NCBI GenBank assembly: GCA_020137815.1
Contig: CM035350.1
Coordinates: 4,030,001 to 4,094,000 of the forward strand
Length of the DNA: 64,000 nt
Reading direction: 5' to 3'
Source: Hormiphora californensis
Lineage: Eukaryota > Animalia > Ctenophora
Part shown: positions 1 through 14,400 of the stretch, piece by piece
Layout of the letters: each line of letters starts with the position of its first letter
How positions within the stretch are numbered: the first letter of the stretch is position 1
The notes under the pieces: generated by a model
The model's input: the letters and a program-made list of their open reading frames with translations, nothing else
What the model was told of the DNA's origin: nothing
The model's database searches: none
Program-made: the position numbers and the translations under genes

Positions 1-861
1 GTTAAAGTTAAAGCCCTTCACTTGTGTCCAATAGTAGTCTTGTGAGATTATCAGCGCACTACTCTGGATATAAGCAGTGGAGGCTTTGTTGGGTTTAAGG
101 GTCGTTCCAGTGTTCAATCTGAACTTATTCTCTCCCTCCTTGGTGACTCCCTTGCACCCGGACAACTTTCCACACGCCCGGAGTGCCTTGGATCGGGTTT
201 TGTAGACCTTGTTCGTTGCGTACCCACTGAGGGAATGCTTGGGATACTCCGCCCAGTTGAACCCGCCCTCTTTCACTACTGGACCTCCTTGAATCCACAC
301 CGCCCTACCCTTGAATTTCTTGGCGGTGCTCGTCGTGTAGAGCCTAAAGTTCTTTTTAGCTTCCTTTGTCACACCCAGACACTTGTTGGTAGCAGCACAC
401 GCGCTTAGCGCCGCGTTCCTTGTCTTGTAAACGGTCTTGTCCTGGTAGGGTCCGGTCAGGGTGAAGGGACTCTGGTAAGTCCAGGAGTATCCAGCATAGG
501 TCATCTTGTACTTCTTCAGGGAAACAAGCTCGTCAGCGGCTATATAGGCTGTAGCCGAGCTTTCAACCACTGGAATGGTATTAGAGTTGAGTCGGAAATT
601 CCGGACACCCCAGTGCGTCACTCCCTTGCACTTGGAGAGTCCAGCACAGGCATTCAGGGCTGAATCACGGGTTTTGTACTTCTTCTTGTTTACTCGGCCG
701 GTCAGCTTGTAGCCCTCGGCAACAGTCCAGTATCTTTTCTGGTGCAGCAGATAGCCGTCTGCAAAGATAGGGAGACATGTTATCAGTGATAAGGCGGTGT
801 CAACGGTCAAAACATAACCGATGATCCATATCTATAATATCAAGGCAGAGAGAGAGAGAGC

Positions 862-910
<49 letters not shown>

Positions 911-3900
911 TGAGAGAGAGAAAAGAAAAAGAGAGCGATAGAAACATAGTTGATCACTTACTTCCTTGAATCCAACATTGGTAGCCCTTTTTGGTTTTGA
1001 CGGTTGTACCACTGTGCAGCCTGAACTTCTTGGATCCCTCCTTTGATACCCCATTACAATCACTAGTACCGGCACACACCTTGTATTAGGGAATTGGTGT
1101 GAATCTCGTGTATAGTAGCTCGGTTTAGCAGTTCATATTTCCACAATGTTGTTGTGCGTTGTCACACAGCTTGGTAGCTCTATAATACTGCCAATTTATT
1201 AACATTATGATTACACTCAGTATAAATTCCCTAGGTTCCTCTACCCTGTCTCTCTTACCTTCATGGCAGCGCTATCAGTTTTGTAGGTAATGGAGTTGTA
1301 GTAGCCAGAGGTGAGCTTGCATTTGGTCCTGTGATCCCACATGTAACCACGGTTTGATACCAGGGCACCTCCCTTCGTGAAGGCCGTGTAACCCACTGCT
1401 GCCACTGCAGTTGTCGTCTTGGTTCTCTGGTAGGTCTTCCCGTTGAAGTTGACTCCCTTGCACTTTTTATCAGTGGCACAGCTGCCCAGAGCGTCCGACA
1501 GGGTGCTTGTTTTCTCCCCGTAGCTACCCTTGAACTTGTAGGGTGCCTTACCGGACCACACCAAATCTGCGAGGGGAAAGTGAATGAATGTAGAAGTTGC
1601 CTCCCTCCGTATCTTATAATAAGTATCTATAATAAGTACACCCCCTATTTGATGTGTGATTGCTGATTATATATCATATAAATATGATATATATCATATA
1701 TATATATAATCAGCAATCACACATATCAAAGAGGGAGTTTACTACAGTCTACAAGTATTTTAAAACTCTTACCGGAATGAATGACGGTAAAGCGGAGTTT
1801 AGCGTATCCTCCTCTGATGTATGCCCTAGCACCTTTAGTTTTCTTCAGGTTAGGTCCTGTGTTGACCTTGTACTTTCCGTTCTTGTACCTGGAGTAGAGT
1901 TAGTAATACCACGATAGAAGTTAATCGGTGAGGGAAATGTTAGTTTAGTATAACACAGGTAGGTGGAAGGAACAATTCGAAACTATTTAGACTATATGTT
2001 GCTAATTTACTTGGTAACGCCGACACAATCCGAAATGCCAGTACATGCTTTTACGGCCTTCTTGAAGGTCTTGTATGATTTCTTCCCGGGGTTGGATAGT
2101 GCGTAACCCTTTTTGGGAGTCCAATAGTAGCTGTAGTGACTCAACATTTTACCTGCAGGAGGGGGTGGTATAATTTATTGACCTTCCGAACCCTGCTCAT
2201 TTTATGAAACAATGCAATAAATAATAATAAAATGACGTTGTGAGCCACACAGGTATTTCAATGTCAACAGGGCTACTACACAGAGTGCCCTCCAGATCCT
2301 TTCAAGCTCTCACCTCCTTGTATCCAGGTCTTGTAACCGGAAGCGGTAACAGTAGTAGTGGTAGATCCCAGCCTATACTTATTAGCCCCCACCCTGGTCA
2401 CGCCCTTACAAGCTGACTTGCTCAGGCACACCTTCATCGCCTTCTTCTTGCTCGTGTACACCTTCTTGCTATACCACGCCTTCAGTTTCTTGTTCTTCAG
2501 AACGGTCCATTGGGTGCCCCCGAAGGTGTATGAAACACCCTCCTTCACGTAGCAGGCGTGTTTAGGCCCCGGTTGGGGGGTGCCGCCCGAGTTTAGGATG
2601 TATTTCTTACCATTGTAGGTCACTCCATTGCACTTGGCGTTCGCTGAATAAGGAAGGGGAGGGGGCGGTGAAAAAGTGAAACACATGGCAACTCCACCAA
2701 GAGCTACAATCTGAGGGAGAGAGCCTTATATATCCAACAACCTACCTGCACAAGCAGCCAGAGCCTTGTCCTTGTTCGAATACTTCTTCTTCCCAATCTG
2801 TCCATCCAACTTGAATGGATACTGGAATGCCCACGTGTACCCACCACTACTGATCTTCATGGTGGTGGCCTTGGTGGTGGGACCTCCTCTCAGGAAGACG
2901 GTGTGTCCAGTCTTCTCCGTGATCTTGACGTCCTTGTAGAGGTAGTACTTCTTAGTTCCCTCCTTCACCACACCTTGACATGTCTTCTTGGACAAACACG
3001 CCGTTAGAGCAGACTCCAGGTCGGTGTATTTCTTAGACGACAGACGTTTAGTCAGGGTGTGCCCAGTTTTCTTGGACCAGTACGTTTCTGTGTGGAAAAC
3101 GGGTAGGGTTAGAGGTTCGAATTATTGGGGAATCATGGGGTGAAACATGAATCTGTATGCATAGTAAGATCATAGCCATATATGGCATATATAATAGCTA
3201 CATACGTTGAGCGACATGAACTTCATCTCCCTGAATGAAGACACTCCTTCCCTTGGCCTTAACCAGCTTGCTTCCCTTGCCCAGCAGGTATTTCTTGCTG
3301 TTAACTCTCGTCACGCCCTTACAGGTGTTGCTATCCTTGCAGACCTTCATGGCGGCACTGTCACTCTTATAGACCTTCTTGCCGTAACGCTTCTTAAACC
3401 GGACTCCCTTCACCTTGGGCCAGATATATCCTCCATACTTCACGTAGGGTCCCAGTTTAGTGTAGGAAATCTGACCTATCTTCTTAGTCTTTTATTCTAA
3501 ACAAGGAGAGGTAAGTTAGAATTTGACGGTTTGGCTAGGCTGCACTAGCAAACAAATATGAGATACGAGTATATTAACTGTACTACTATATCATGGTAGA
3601 TACTAGATACGAGGTTGTTCACGAAACCAACTTACAGAACTGTTGAGGATAAAGGTATTTCGCTTCGTCCTTGTGAAACCCTTGCACTTCTTGTTCTTTG
3701 CACAGACTCCTGCTGCTGCCACTGCAGTTGTATAGGTCTTGGTTCCGAGTTTTCCAGTCAGAGAATAAGGTGATTTCACCCTCCAGGCCCTACCAGCAAA
3801 CACCATGTACCCGGTATGAGTCACCGAGTCACCCTTTAGATAAGATTTGGACTTCTTATCCGCGGTGATTCCAGACCCCTTCATAACATAGAACTTGCCC

Positions 3901-6900
3901 TTGGTCTTGGTAACGCCCGTACAAACAGGATGACTTCTTCACGCACGCTGCCATGGCCTTCTTCTTGGAACTGTAAGCCTTCTTGGAGAGCTTAGCATCA
4001 ATCTTATAGTTCTCCTTGGGAACCCAATAGTAGTCGTAGTACTGGGACACAGCTGGACCCTGAACCCATGACAGAGCCCCCTTCTTGGACACCGGGGTGG
4101 CTGTTGATCGGAGTCGGAAGTTCCCAGCCCTAAACTTGGTTACTCCCTTGCACCCGTCATCGGCAGAGCAAGCCTTTAGAGCCGCCTCAACAGTGGTGTA
4201 CCGCTTCTTGCTGAACGATCCCTTGAGTTTCTTACCGGGTTTCCTCGTCCATAGATATCCCACCATCATCTCAGTCTTACCTCCAGTCCAGGTAGACCAT
4301 GTGAGTTGGGTGGGGTAGAGGTGTGGAGCCAGAGTGGAGGTAAGTACACACCCTTCTTAGCCCTCACAACTCCATTACATTTGGAGTTAGGCGCCACATT
4401 TCGCCAGGGCCACGTTCCTCTTCTTGAATGACTTCTTTCCGATCCTCCCGTCCAGGGTAAACGGTTTCTGCATGGTCCAGGTGTAGCCAGGCGTAACTAA
4501 GAGATACCTTTAGTCACCGCAACAACATCCCCGCCAGACAGATACACCTGACGTCCCTTCTCTGGGACAAGCAGAGTTGTAGAGGCGTGGTAATACTCCT
4601 TTGATCCTCGTTTCTCAACCCCCATACAAGCGCTGGTCTTGGCACATGCCGCCAGTGCTCCTGCCTTGTTGGTGTACTTCTTGGACTTGATAGAGGAGAA
4701 CTTGTAGTTCCACAGATGAGTCCAGTTCTTCTTGCTATGCTGGAAGACAGAGTTTCCCCGAGCATATGCAACCGGCTCCCTTCCGGGCTTTTGTCTTGTA
4801 AACCCTGGATAACTTGTAGACTCCTGCCTTGAACTGAAATGAGAGTGTTAATTAGTTACTCTGCAGAGCTACTAATATAAACGTAGATAATGTAGCAGTC
4901 ATCACTTTGCATCAATTGTTTTACCTGGGTAACGCCCTTGCACTTCTTATTTGCATTGCATGCAGTAATGGCCGCAGCGTCCGTCTTGTATTTCTTCTTG
5001 AAGTGTTTTGTAAAGGCCCGACCCTTCCTCACTGAGTACAAGACTCCACTCTTATCAACGGCATGGCCGAACTTCAAATAGGACACCTTCCCAGAGTTCT
5101 CCTTGTTCAACTTGGTGCTGGCATTCAGTTTGTAGTTGTTCTTTCCGTACCGGGTGAAACCCTTGCATTTCTTACTCTTCACACATGCAGCAGAGGCGTT
5201 GTCAATGTTCTTGATCTGCTTTCCGTAGGGTTTTGAGAGGCTATAAGGTTGTTGAACCAAGAACATCTCACCTGAGGAGTATTAAAATTTATAGAATTAA
5301 TTTAGCTGGTGTTAGTGAACATATTAATAGTTATCAGCTCGTTTATTGTTTTTTCTTCGAGGGGTCTGCCTATGAATATTAGGATCGATCTAGAAAACTC
5401 TACCAAGGAACTATGGCTGCTGAATGAAAATCATGCTTACTTCCGAACTGTACAGCGTAGGTGGAAATGAATTGGGATCCCTTCACGTAAGAGGTCTTGC
5501 CTGTCCCACTAGTTGGGGAGTCTCCCGTCCTTAGGTAGTGCTTCTTCTTACTCTGCAGGGTTTCGGGGAATGTTAGGTGGATGAGTAAAGCCAATTGGGC
5601 ATCAACTCGAGTCTTCAGACCCACATAAAGCTCTTTCGAGCTTGCACAAATACTACATTTGACATCTCCAAAAGAGATACAAGGACTCTTTATTTCAGAG
5701 CTGATATCAGTGACATACCTTGGTGGTGACTCCGTTACACTTTGTTAATTGAGCACAGGCGTAGAGGGCTGCATTGGAAGTCTTGTAGACCTTGTCTCCC
5801 AGTTTACCCTTTAGCACATGGTCCGAGTACACAGTCCAGTAATGATCGTGAGCTGATTTAACCGCACCTATAGATATTGGGATTAGTATCATGTGTTTTC
5901 ATCCGAATAATAGGCCTAAACTTATAAGCTGAACTTGTATGCCGCATGGCCCATGGGCCATGGTAGTCCATAGGTTCAACATACTTGATTTCTTCAGCAT
6001 CTTTGCTCCCTTCTTCCTCTTCTTCGTGGTTCCACCCACTAACTTCCATTTTCCCTTAATTAGTGTAATACCCTTACACTTGGAGTTCTTTTTGCAAGCA
6101 GCCAAGTGCTGCATCCTTCGAACTGTACGCTGTAATGGGATTTTGATTTAACACGAGCTCTCATCCCACATTCTTTCTAGCCAATGTGTAAGGATCAATA
6201 TGACAACAGCCGTTGTCAGGGGCGCGTTGCTAGGATACCTGTACTGTCGATGACTCCCCAATACCAGCCATGTTCCCAACTCCAGACGTATCCTCCGTAA
6301 GTAACAAACTTTCCTCGTTTCATGTAGACCCGCGCACCCGCCTTGGATATGTACTTCTTACCACGTCCCAGCCTGTACTTGCCCTTCTGTAATGTAGTGT
6401 TGTATTAGATCGAGGTCAGGGGGTTGTCATGACAATGTTATTCGTTGCTATGCAGGTGATTTACCTTGACAGTAAAGATGCCGGTACATTTGGGATTTCG
6501 AGCACACGCCTTGAATGCTGCACGTCTGCTCGGGTAGACTTTCTTTCCAAGGACTGCTTTGTGTCTCCAGTTGCTACGGCGTTGCCACAGATACCCTCTG
6601 TGTTGGAAAGTCGGTTAGGAAAACAGTCGCATAAAACTCACCCACCAATCGTCAAGCTAAAACAAAACCGAACTCCTAATTTTAGCACCTAAATTACAAG
6701 ACATACCCCCAAGTGTAGGTGACAATAGTATAGGTGACCTTGGTTCCACCCTTCTGCCAAACCTTGGCACCCGACTGGGAGACAATACCGTATCCAGTGT
6801 TGGTATAGTACTTGCCAGACACCTTGGACACTCCACCACACTGTCAAGGGGATAGAAGGTGTTAGGGCTGGAGATATGTGGTGGGTGAAACTAAAGGGAA

Positions 6901-7631
6901 GGTGTTAGGGCTGGAGATATGTGGTGGGTGAAACTAAAGGGGATAAAGGGAAGGTGTTAGGGCTGGAGATATGTGGTGGGTGAAACTAAAGGGGATAAAG
7001 GGAAGGTGTTAGGGCTGGAGATATGTGGTGGGTGAAACTAAAGGGGATAAAAGGAAGGTGTTAGGGCTGGAGATATGGTGGAGGTAGGACTAATGAAGGT
7101 GTGATTGAATTGTAAAGATAGAGCAAGAAATTTCTGCTGAAACTTCCCAAGAAGCCGACCCTGTTCAAGGGATGTGTTCACATGTCACTTAGTTAGTACT
7201 CAACAGCAGCTTTATAATCATTGTCATAACATGGCTACTACATCGCAGTACCACTCAGAGGTAACAGCTTCACGTGAAATGTCATTCGGGACTTACGCTA
7301 GAACTAGCAAGACACTTCTTCTTTCGCCACGTTGAGGACAGAGTAAGATTTTGCTGCTCAACTCCTGTCCCTTGTAGCCCCTCTTCCTGGTCCAATATCG
7401 GCTTCCATACAGAGTAGTGTGTCCTGGAATGAGGATTGAAACTAAATTCTGGAAGATATGAAGGCCAACATACCCTTAGTTTTTTTTCTCGGTATATTGT
7501 ATAATCTGCCCCACTAAATAGTTCCCACTTCCCAGAAATAGTTTTCGACAAAGGGGGTGTGGTAGCTACTCAAAAGCTAAAACCTTGCCAAGGGGAAGTG
7601 TGATACTTAAAAACTAGAAATGAAAGAATTT

Positions 7632-7697
<66 letters not shown>

Positions 7698-8375
7698 AAG
7701 AGAGAGAGAGAAGAGAAGAAATTGACAGTTTCGATTATAGGAGCATTCCAGATTGCACCCTTGTCCAGCCAGATAGAGGTGTTGGTTCCATCTAGTCTTG
7801 GACTAGCTCTCTTGACAGTACTAACAAGACAATCCACAAACCGAGAACGAGTGCTTGAGGAGTGAGAACTGACCCCGTCGACGACAGACACTATGACCGA
7901 TTTTCAGTCCTTCGGGGCGTGCTCTTATTACCCTTTCTATTGCATCCCCTGCATGTTTAAATCTTGACACTGTGCGAAGGACAGAGTCTCGCTAGCTTTA
8001 TACTTTTTTCGGCTTCACGTACTTCCTACACACGTATCCGTGTCGGTCAACTCAGACTGTCTGTCTGATGTGATCGTGATCACTGGTCGGCATCCCGTCC
8101 TACTCCCCAGGATGTAGGGATCTAGAACCAGCCCAAATCCCTTCCATAGTTCTGCCCCTCTTCCCGATCTCAAACTGAAATCTTACACTTTTCAAAATCC
8201 CTTTATATCTGAAGTGTTGACAATATGGTGGTACTGAGCACCTGCGTCTCCTTCGGGTCTTTCATATAAATATTATAATAACACGGTGCCGACAGTAGCT
8301 GGCTGCTTAGTGGCTATACCGTAATCCTACCAAACCAAACCAAACCAGAAGAGAAGTGAGAGAGAGAGAGAGTGA

Positions 8376-8418
<43 letters not shown>

Positions 8419-11400
8419 GAGAAGTGAGAAAGAGAGAGGGAGAGAAAGAGAGAAAGACTAGAGAGAAAGAGAGACTAGAGAGGGAGAGAGAGAGAGAAAG
8501 ACTAGAGAGAAAGAGAGACTAGAGAGGGAGAGAGAGAGAGAAAGACTAGAGGGTAAGAGAGAAAGAGAGGAAGAGAGAAAGAGAGAAAGATAGGGCTGGT
8601 TTGTGTTCCCTGGAACGCACGTCCACGTGTAAACTCTGTCTGGGTTTTCTCGAAACCCACCCCTGAGTAGAGGTCTGGGGGACCGGGGGGCAGAGGAGCT
8701 CGCTTCATCTCACTCTTTACTCTTCTAAACCCAGTCTCTTTGAATAGCTCGTATTTACAGTTTTTCATCTCGAGTTTTTTTCCCATAGTTCTCAACCTAG
8801 TCTCTTGCCATACGAGCCCTTTATCTCAGCTCCGGTATAGACGATATTTAGTTCAGCCCTTTTTCCAACTTATCATATATCTCATACTCGTTCCTTGTTT
8901 AGACCATGTCACAACTCCCTAATACCTTGTTTAGACCATGTCACAACTCCCTAATACCTTGTTTAGACCATGTCACAACTCCCTAATACCTTGTTTAGAC
9001 CATGTCACAACTCCCTAATACCTTGTTTAGACCATGTCACAACTCCCTTGCTTTTCTTCATCTTTTCCGTTCCGCCGCTCATGTACAGCTTTCCCTTTTT
9101 CATGTAGACTCGCTTACAGTACTTGTTACTTCCGCATGCTGCTATGGCTGCGTCCCGTGACGTATAAGCAGTTGCCGGGCCGTTCAGCGTGACAGGTGCT
9201 CGATAGATGTGCCCCTTTCTGTTAACACCGTACACGCTGCTCCCGTAAACATCGATCATAGAGAGTCTACCAGCGACATTGATCCATTTTGTGCCGGCAG
9301 GATGGATTGCAGTCACCCCGGCCCGATAGTAAATTAGATCGTTCTTGTTGACACCGACCACAATGTTCTCTCCGGAGGACACCCATTTGAGCTTGCCAGC
9401 CACGTGGACCCACTGAGGAAATGTGTGTTAATTATTTAGCAGTTTACTGTAATTGTTAATTAGTGCGTCTTTAGTAATTAAATCTGAAAGTGCATGATTA
9501 TGATCCTTACCTTGCTACCCGCACTTTTCTGATCTCCGAAAGTTCCGATCCGATGGTAGATATTGTTAGCCTTGTTGACCACCCACACACCAGCACGACC
9601 CACTGACACCTATAACACAGTGATAAGTTAGTAAACTTTGAAATCAATTCTGGTAGGATACGAATAAATTTCTAACGATCACTAGCTAGCGAAATACATC
9701 CCAAATTTTACCTGTTTAGCTCGACCACCAATCCGCTGCCACCTGCTACCAATCCGCCGGTAAATGTACATTCCCCTGTTAACTCCCCACACTTGGTTCG
9801 ACTCACTCACGTCAATCTATAGAGTGGGGGTGTTATTATCGTTCATTGTTTCCTAGAAGAGCCCTGGTGTAGGGAATATATATATATGTGGTAACGTGGG
9901 GCTATTAGTAGTTTCCGAGAAGGTTTTGTAATTTGCAATTTGTTCTAAATGGACACATCATATTTTCCCACAAAAACTCCTTCTTACATTGTTGAGTCGT
10001 CCTCCGATTCGTTTCCACCTGTTTTTACCCAGGTACCGGTAGATGTAGTTACCCTTGTTGACACCCCACACCTGACTGCCACCCACTGACACGTGTATAA
10101 GAGCCCCAGCCACTTTGGTCCATTTCTTGTTCCACGTGTAGATGTGACCAGCCTTGTTGACTCCCCAGACCCCGGGGCCGCCTACTGCAACACGTGTCAA
10201 ACCACCCGGTAGTCGCTTCCAGGCGGGGGTGAGGCGTCGCTGGGCATGGTGTCCACCCTTGGGTGCCCAACCATAGGAGGTCGTCCAGACGTAGTTTCTT
10301 AGGTGTCGGGCCTTTCCATATTTCTGGTAGGAAATGTGGCCGGCCTTCTTCTTCTTGGTGACACTGCAGAAAAGAGTTTTGAATCAAGAAAACTATTGGG
10401 AATTTAGTACACTGATAGTATTATTTTGTGGGTACTTCAGAGCCACTGCATGTACACTGACCTTTTGTAAAGTTTATATTTCTTGTTGCCATGCCGTGTG
10501 ACACCCTTACACTTGGGATTCTCAACACACGCATCCATGGCAACGGAAAGACTCTTGTAGACCTTGGCACTGAGTTGTTTTGTGAAGGAGTAAGGGGACC
10601 AAGCCTTCCAGACATACTGACCGTAGTACATCTTGTACCTGCTGACAACGAATCCTTGACGCTGGTACAGGATATAACTAGCTGCTTTTTTAAGGGTCCT
10701 TCCACCGTTTAACCGGTACTTCCTAGCCTTGACCTTGGTAACACCACTACAACTACCATTAGTTGAACATGCCTTCATCGCCTTCACTAGACTGGGGTAG
10801 TACTTGGTATTCAGCCAGCCGTAGGTAAATCCAGGTAGAGGCACGTAGTAGTACCCGCCATACCCATGGACCCTGTCACCCTTGACAAACACCTTGCTGC
10901 CCGCCTTGTAACCCATGGCAACACCAGAATGCAGGGTGTACGCTCCACCCGTATAGGAGACACCCTTGCAGGTTGTGCTCTGTCCACACGCTGTAAAAGT
11001 GTTTAGTTAGAATATGAATTTGCTGAGGTAATGATAGCCTCGGGTTGTCGTGGTTACTATGGTAACTAACCGGTGAGAGCAGAGTTAACCCGGCTATATA
11101 CAGAGGGACTGGAAGTGGCAGACTTGATGAGACGGCCAGGGTAGTAGGACCAGGTGTAGCCCATTCTCACCACACTCTTGCCTCGCTTCAGCCAATACCG
11201 TTTCCCAGGCGCTGGGGCAGCCTTTATGGTCGAGGCCAACACGTACTTTCTTAGACCTTGATAGTGGGGGTTATTGGTGTAACATTGAGAGAATGAGACT
11301 GAGAAGAGAGAGAGAGAGACTGAGAGAGAGGGTGGGGGGTTGTGAGATTTGAAGCTATAACTTACCAATCTGGTTGACTCCCTTACAGGATTTGATCTTC

Positions 11401-14400
11401 ATACAAGTCTTGAAGGCCTTGGCACGAGATTTAAATTTGGTTGCTATGACAGGTTTACCAACCAGCCTATGGTTAGTATGGTATCCCCACATGTAGCCTC
11501 CCCAAATATAGTTGTAAGTCACCGTTTCTATGGGAACAGAAAGATTACCAAATGGTTACCAAACTGGTTACCATGAATGAATATAGTTGTTTCAAAAAAA
11601 AGAAACTTAATAGTATTGTAGCATTTCGCTTACCAAAGACAAGTCCACTGGTCCTCTTCTTCCGTTTTCCCTTTCCATAGACCTGGATTTCGCTGATAGA
11701 CAGGTAATTACTCTTGTGTTGCGCCATCACGATCTTTGCCTTCTTTCCACCACAATTGAACGCATATACGAACACATTTGGTGTGTACTTGAGGGTACCA
11801 CATAACTTGTTACCAGCGTGTACCGTCATACCATTAGACCGGGCACTACAGCACCGGTCTTCTCGAATGTGAATTAGGAACCAGGTAGACTGGGGCAATC
11901 TGTCCCAGGATCCACCTTGAGGGTCTGGGGAACGGAGGCTGTACCCTTTTTAGCCGAGATGGAGATGGTTTTGTGGCCGTAGAATCCGCTGATGTTACCG
12001 TCCACCGCGGAAGCATGTTTTGTCCTCCAGCCAGCCTTGGTTCCAGTTACAGGTCGTCCCAGGGATAGCAGGGAGATACCCTTGACAGGTTTAGGTCCCC
12101 CGAACACTTGGACCTCTGCCAATTGTAGGTACTGTTTCCCGGGGTGTCGGATCTTCACCACCCTTCCCTTGGCCCCGTTACACGGGAACGCATAGACGTT
12201 TACTCCTGGTCTGTATTTGATGGTGCCACACTTCTTGGACCCCACAAACACCTGGACACCGTGTATCCTCTTCGCACAGCACTTGTCTATTCGGTTGTAC
12301 ACAATCACCAGGTTGACGTGGAACACTCCACCCAGATCTACCTGCCAGGTGGAGCCACCCGGTTTGGCGAGGGTGTGCGAGGTGGATTTGAGACTCCATA
12401 TCCCGTTAGGATTACCGTCAACCGCACGAGAGGGAACTCCACCCCACCCCGTGCTGGTTTGGGTTGCTGGCATACGGTAGGAGAGCAGCTTAAAGTCTTC
12501 GCCTCCCCTAGAGCCAACGTTAATACCGCCCTTTCCGAATACCTGAACCTCTGCCAATTGGAGCCAGTTTGAGTCGTGGACAATGTACACTTTCTTGCCT
12601 TCTTTCCCCCGCAGTTAATGGGGTAAGATCTCATTCCGGGAACGTGTCTGATTGTTCCGCACAACTTGCCCTTCTTCGTCTTGGGGTTGTAGTCCAATAC
12701 CACCTTAGCCCCGGTTATTCGGGCCGCACAGCACCGGTCCCAACGGTTGTGGACAAGAACCAGGTAGACGGGGTATGTTGCCCCGAGATCGACATACCAC
12801 CAGTTGTTCTTCTTTGCTCTTGTGTGAGAAACCGACCTGAGGAGAGGGGAATCATTACGAGATATGAGAAACAATGTTTGTAGTGTCTGACAATTTGATT
12901 TCCCGGGAAAGGACTACAACAAGCAGTGTCAATCCACTTACTTGTGTGAATAGTATCCAGATACTCTTCCGTCCACTGCTCTACTGGCATGTCCTCCCCA
13001 TCCTGTACTACTCTGTATTGCCTTTTGTCGGTGGGACAGCAGTCCTACATTGTCCAAAGCCTTGGGACCACCTGTGAAGGGATGGATAACATTGCTTACT
13101 AGTGCTCCTTCATAAAGTCATGCTGTACTCCTTTATAAACTAGTTTTATCGCATTAAACTTACCGTAGACCTGGACTTCAGCAAGTTGTAGGTAATTGTA
13201 TTTTTGTACAATTTTGACCTTGGACGCCTTGTGCCCGTGACATGAAACTGTATACGTGTTCACACCGGGCATATCATAGATTGTTCCACACAGGTGAGAG
13301 CCAGCGTATACCTAAATGGAAAGTAGAGAGATTAACATTTTAAGTCAATAAGTGAAACACAACAGATTTTGGAGGGTTCTTCACTGCCTACATTTTCTAA
13401 CATATGCATACCTTGGTACCACTGATTCTTTTGGCGCAGCACCGATCAGCTCTGTTGTATACCAGGACTAAGTTAATATGTTTCTTCTCTCCCAAATCCA
13501 CCAGCCACCAGTTGTTCCTGCCTTTTCGAGAGTGACTGACGGATTTCCTCCCATAAACACCATCTGGATTGCCGTCCACTGCACGAGAGGGTACTCCACC
13601 CCAGCCCGTGCTGGACTGTCTGGTCTTCTTCTTGTGGGAGAGCAACTCAAAGTTTCCTCCGCCCAGAGTTGGGGAAGGACCGCCACCCTTGTAACAAGTC
13701 ATGAAACCAGTCATTACTCGACCATTGAATCGAGGACGTCGGTGTCCTGTGTGCTTGATCCAGCACCTTGTGCTTCTCTTGTCCATCGTGAAGGCAACAC
13801 ATTTCTTGTTCTTCGCACAGGCAGCCTTACACTTATCAATTCCCTTTGATATAAAGCTCTTGATGTCACCACCCCAAGCGTCAATGTTATCACGAAGGCA
13901 TCCCCGGTGGAAGGATGTCCACGTGCCCTTGGGCCCGCTAAACACCACCTTGGTGATTCGTTTATACGGGATTCGGTAGGGGAACTTGAATTTGGCAATA
14001 CTGGTGCTTCCAGGTCCGGCCAACTGAAACAATTGACGAGACATATATGTCAACTCCTTGATATACATTTGGAATTAATTTAGGAACCCCATGATATGAA
14101 CAACTTATTCGGACACTATGCAGGTAACTCATGGTTACTAACTGCTGCAGTAACTATGGTAACGGGCCTACCTCGATGATGTAGAAGCGACGGGTAACAT
14201 GGAGAACAAAAGTGAAGGGTTGTCCTGCGAACAACTCGGGCCACGGGTATTGTTTCTCCTTCCCCCATTTGTTCTTAATCCTAGAGTTGATCCTGATTTT
14301 CTTCTTATTCGGCTGGGGTGAGAACCACAATCCCGTGTTCTTCGCCTGTAAAGTCATGTATATTGTGTAAACTTTAAAGCATGCAAAAAAATGGAATACA

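Larger units (their letters stand above)
1..11527 (-). other. At least 26 Lys/Tyr/Gly-rich modules of about 70 aa (reduced PAN-like, C-x5-C-x-G-V-T)
   Basis: Consensus Y.W......(Y/F).L.G....K.Y.(T/S)...A..AC.....C.GVT......(Y/F).L..G........G...(Y/W).KG, counted manually across exons. Confidence 0.8.

Noticed and set aside
6855-9048. CRISPR-like arrays
   Set aside because: Head-to-tail repeats without unique spacers, no cas genes, eukaryotic intronic context.
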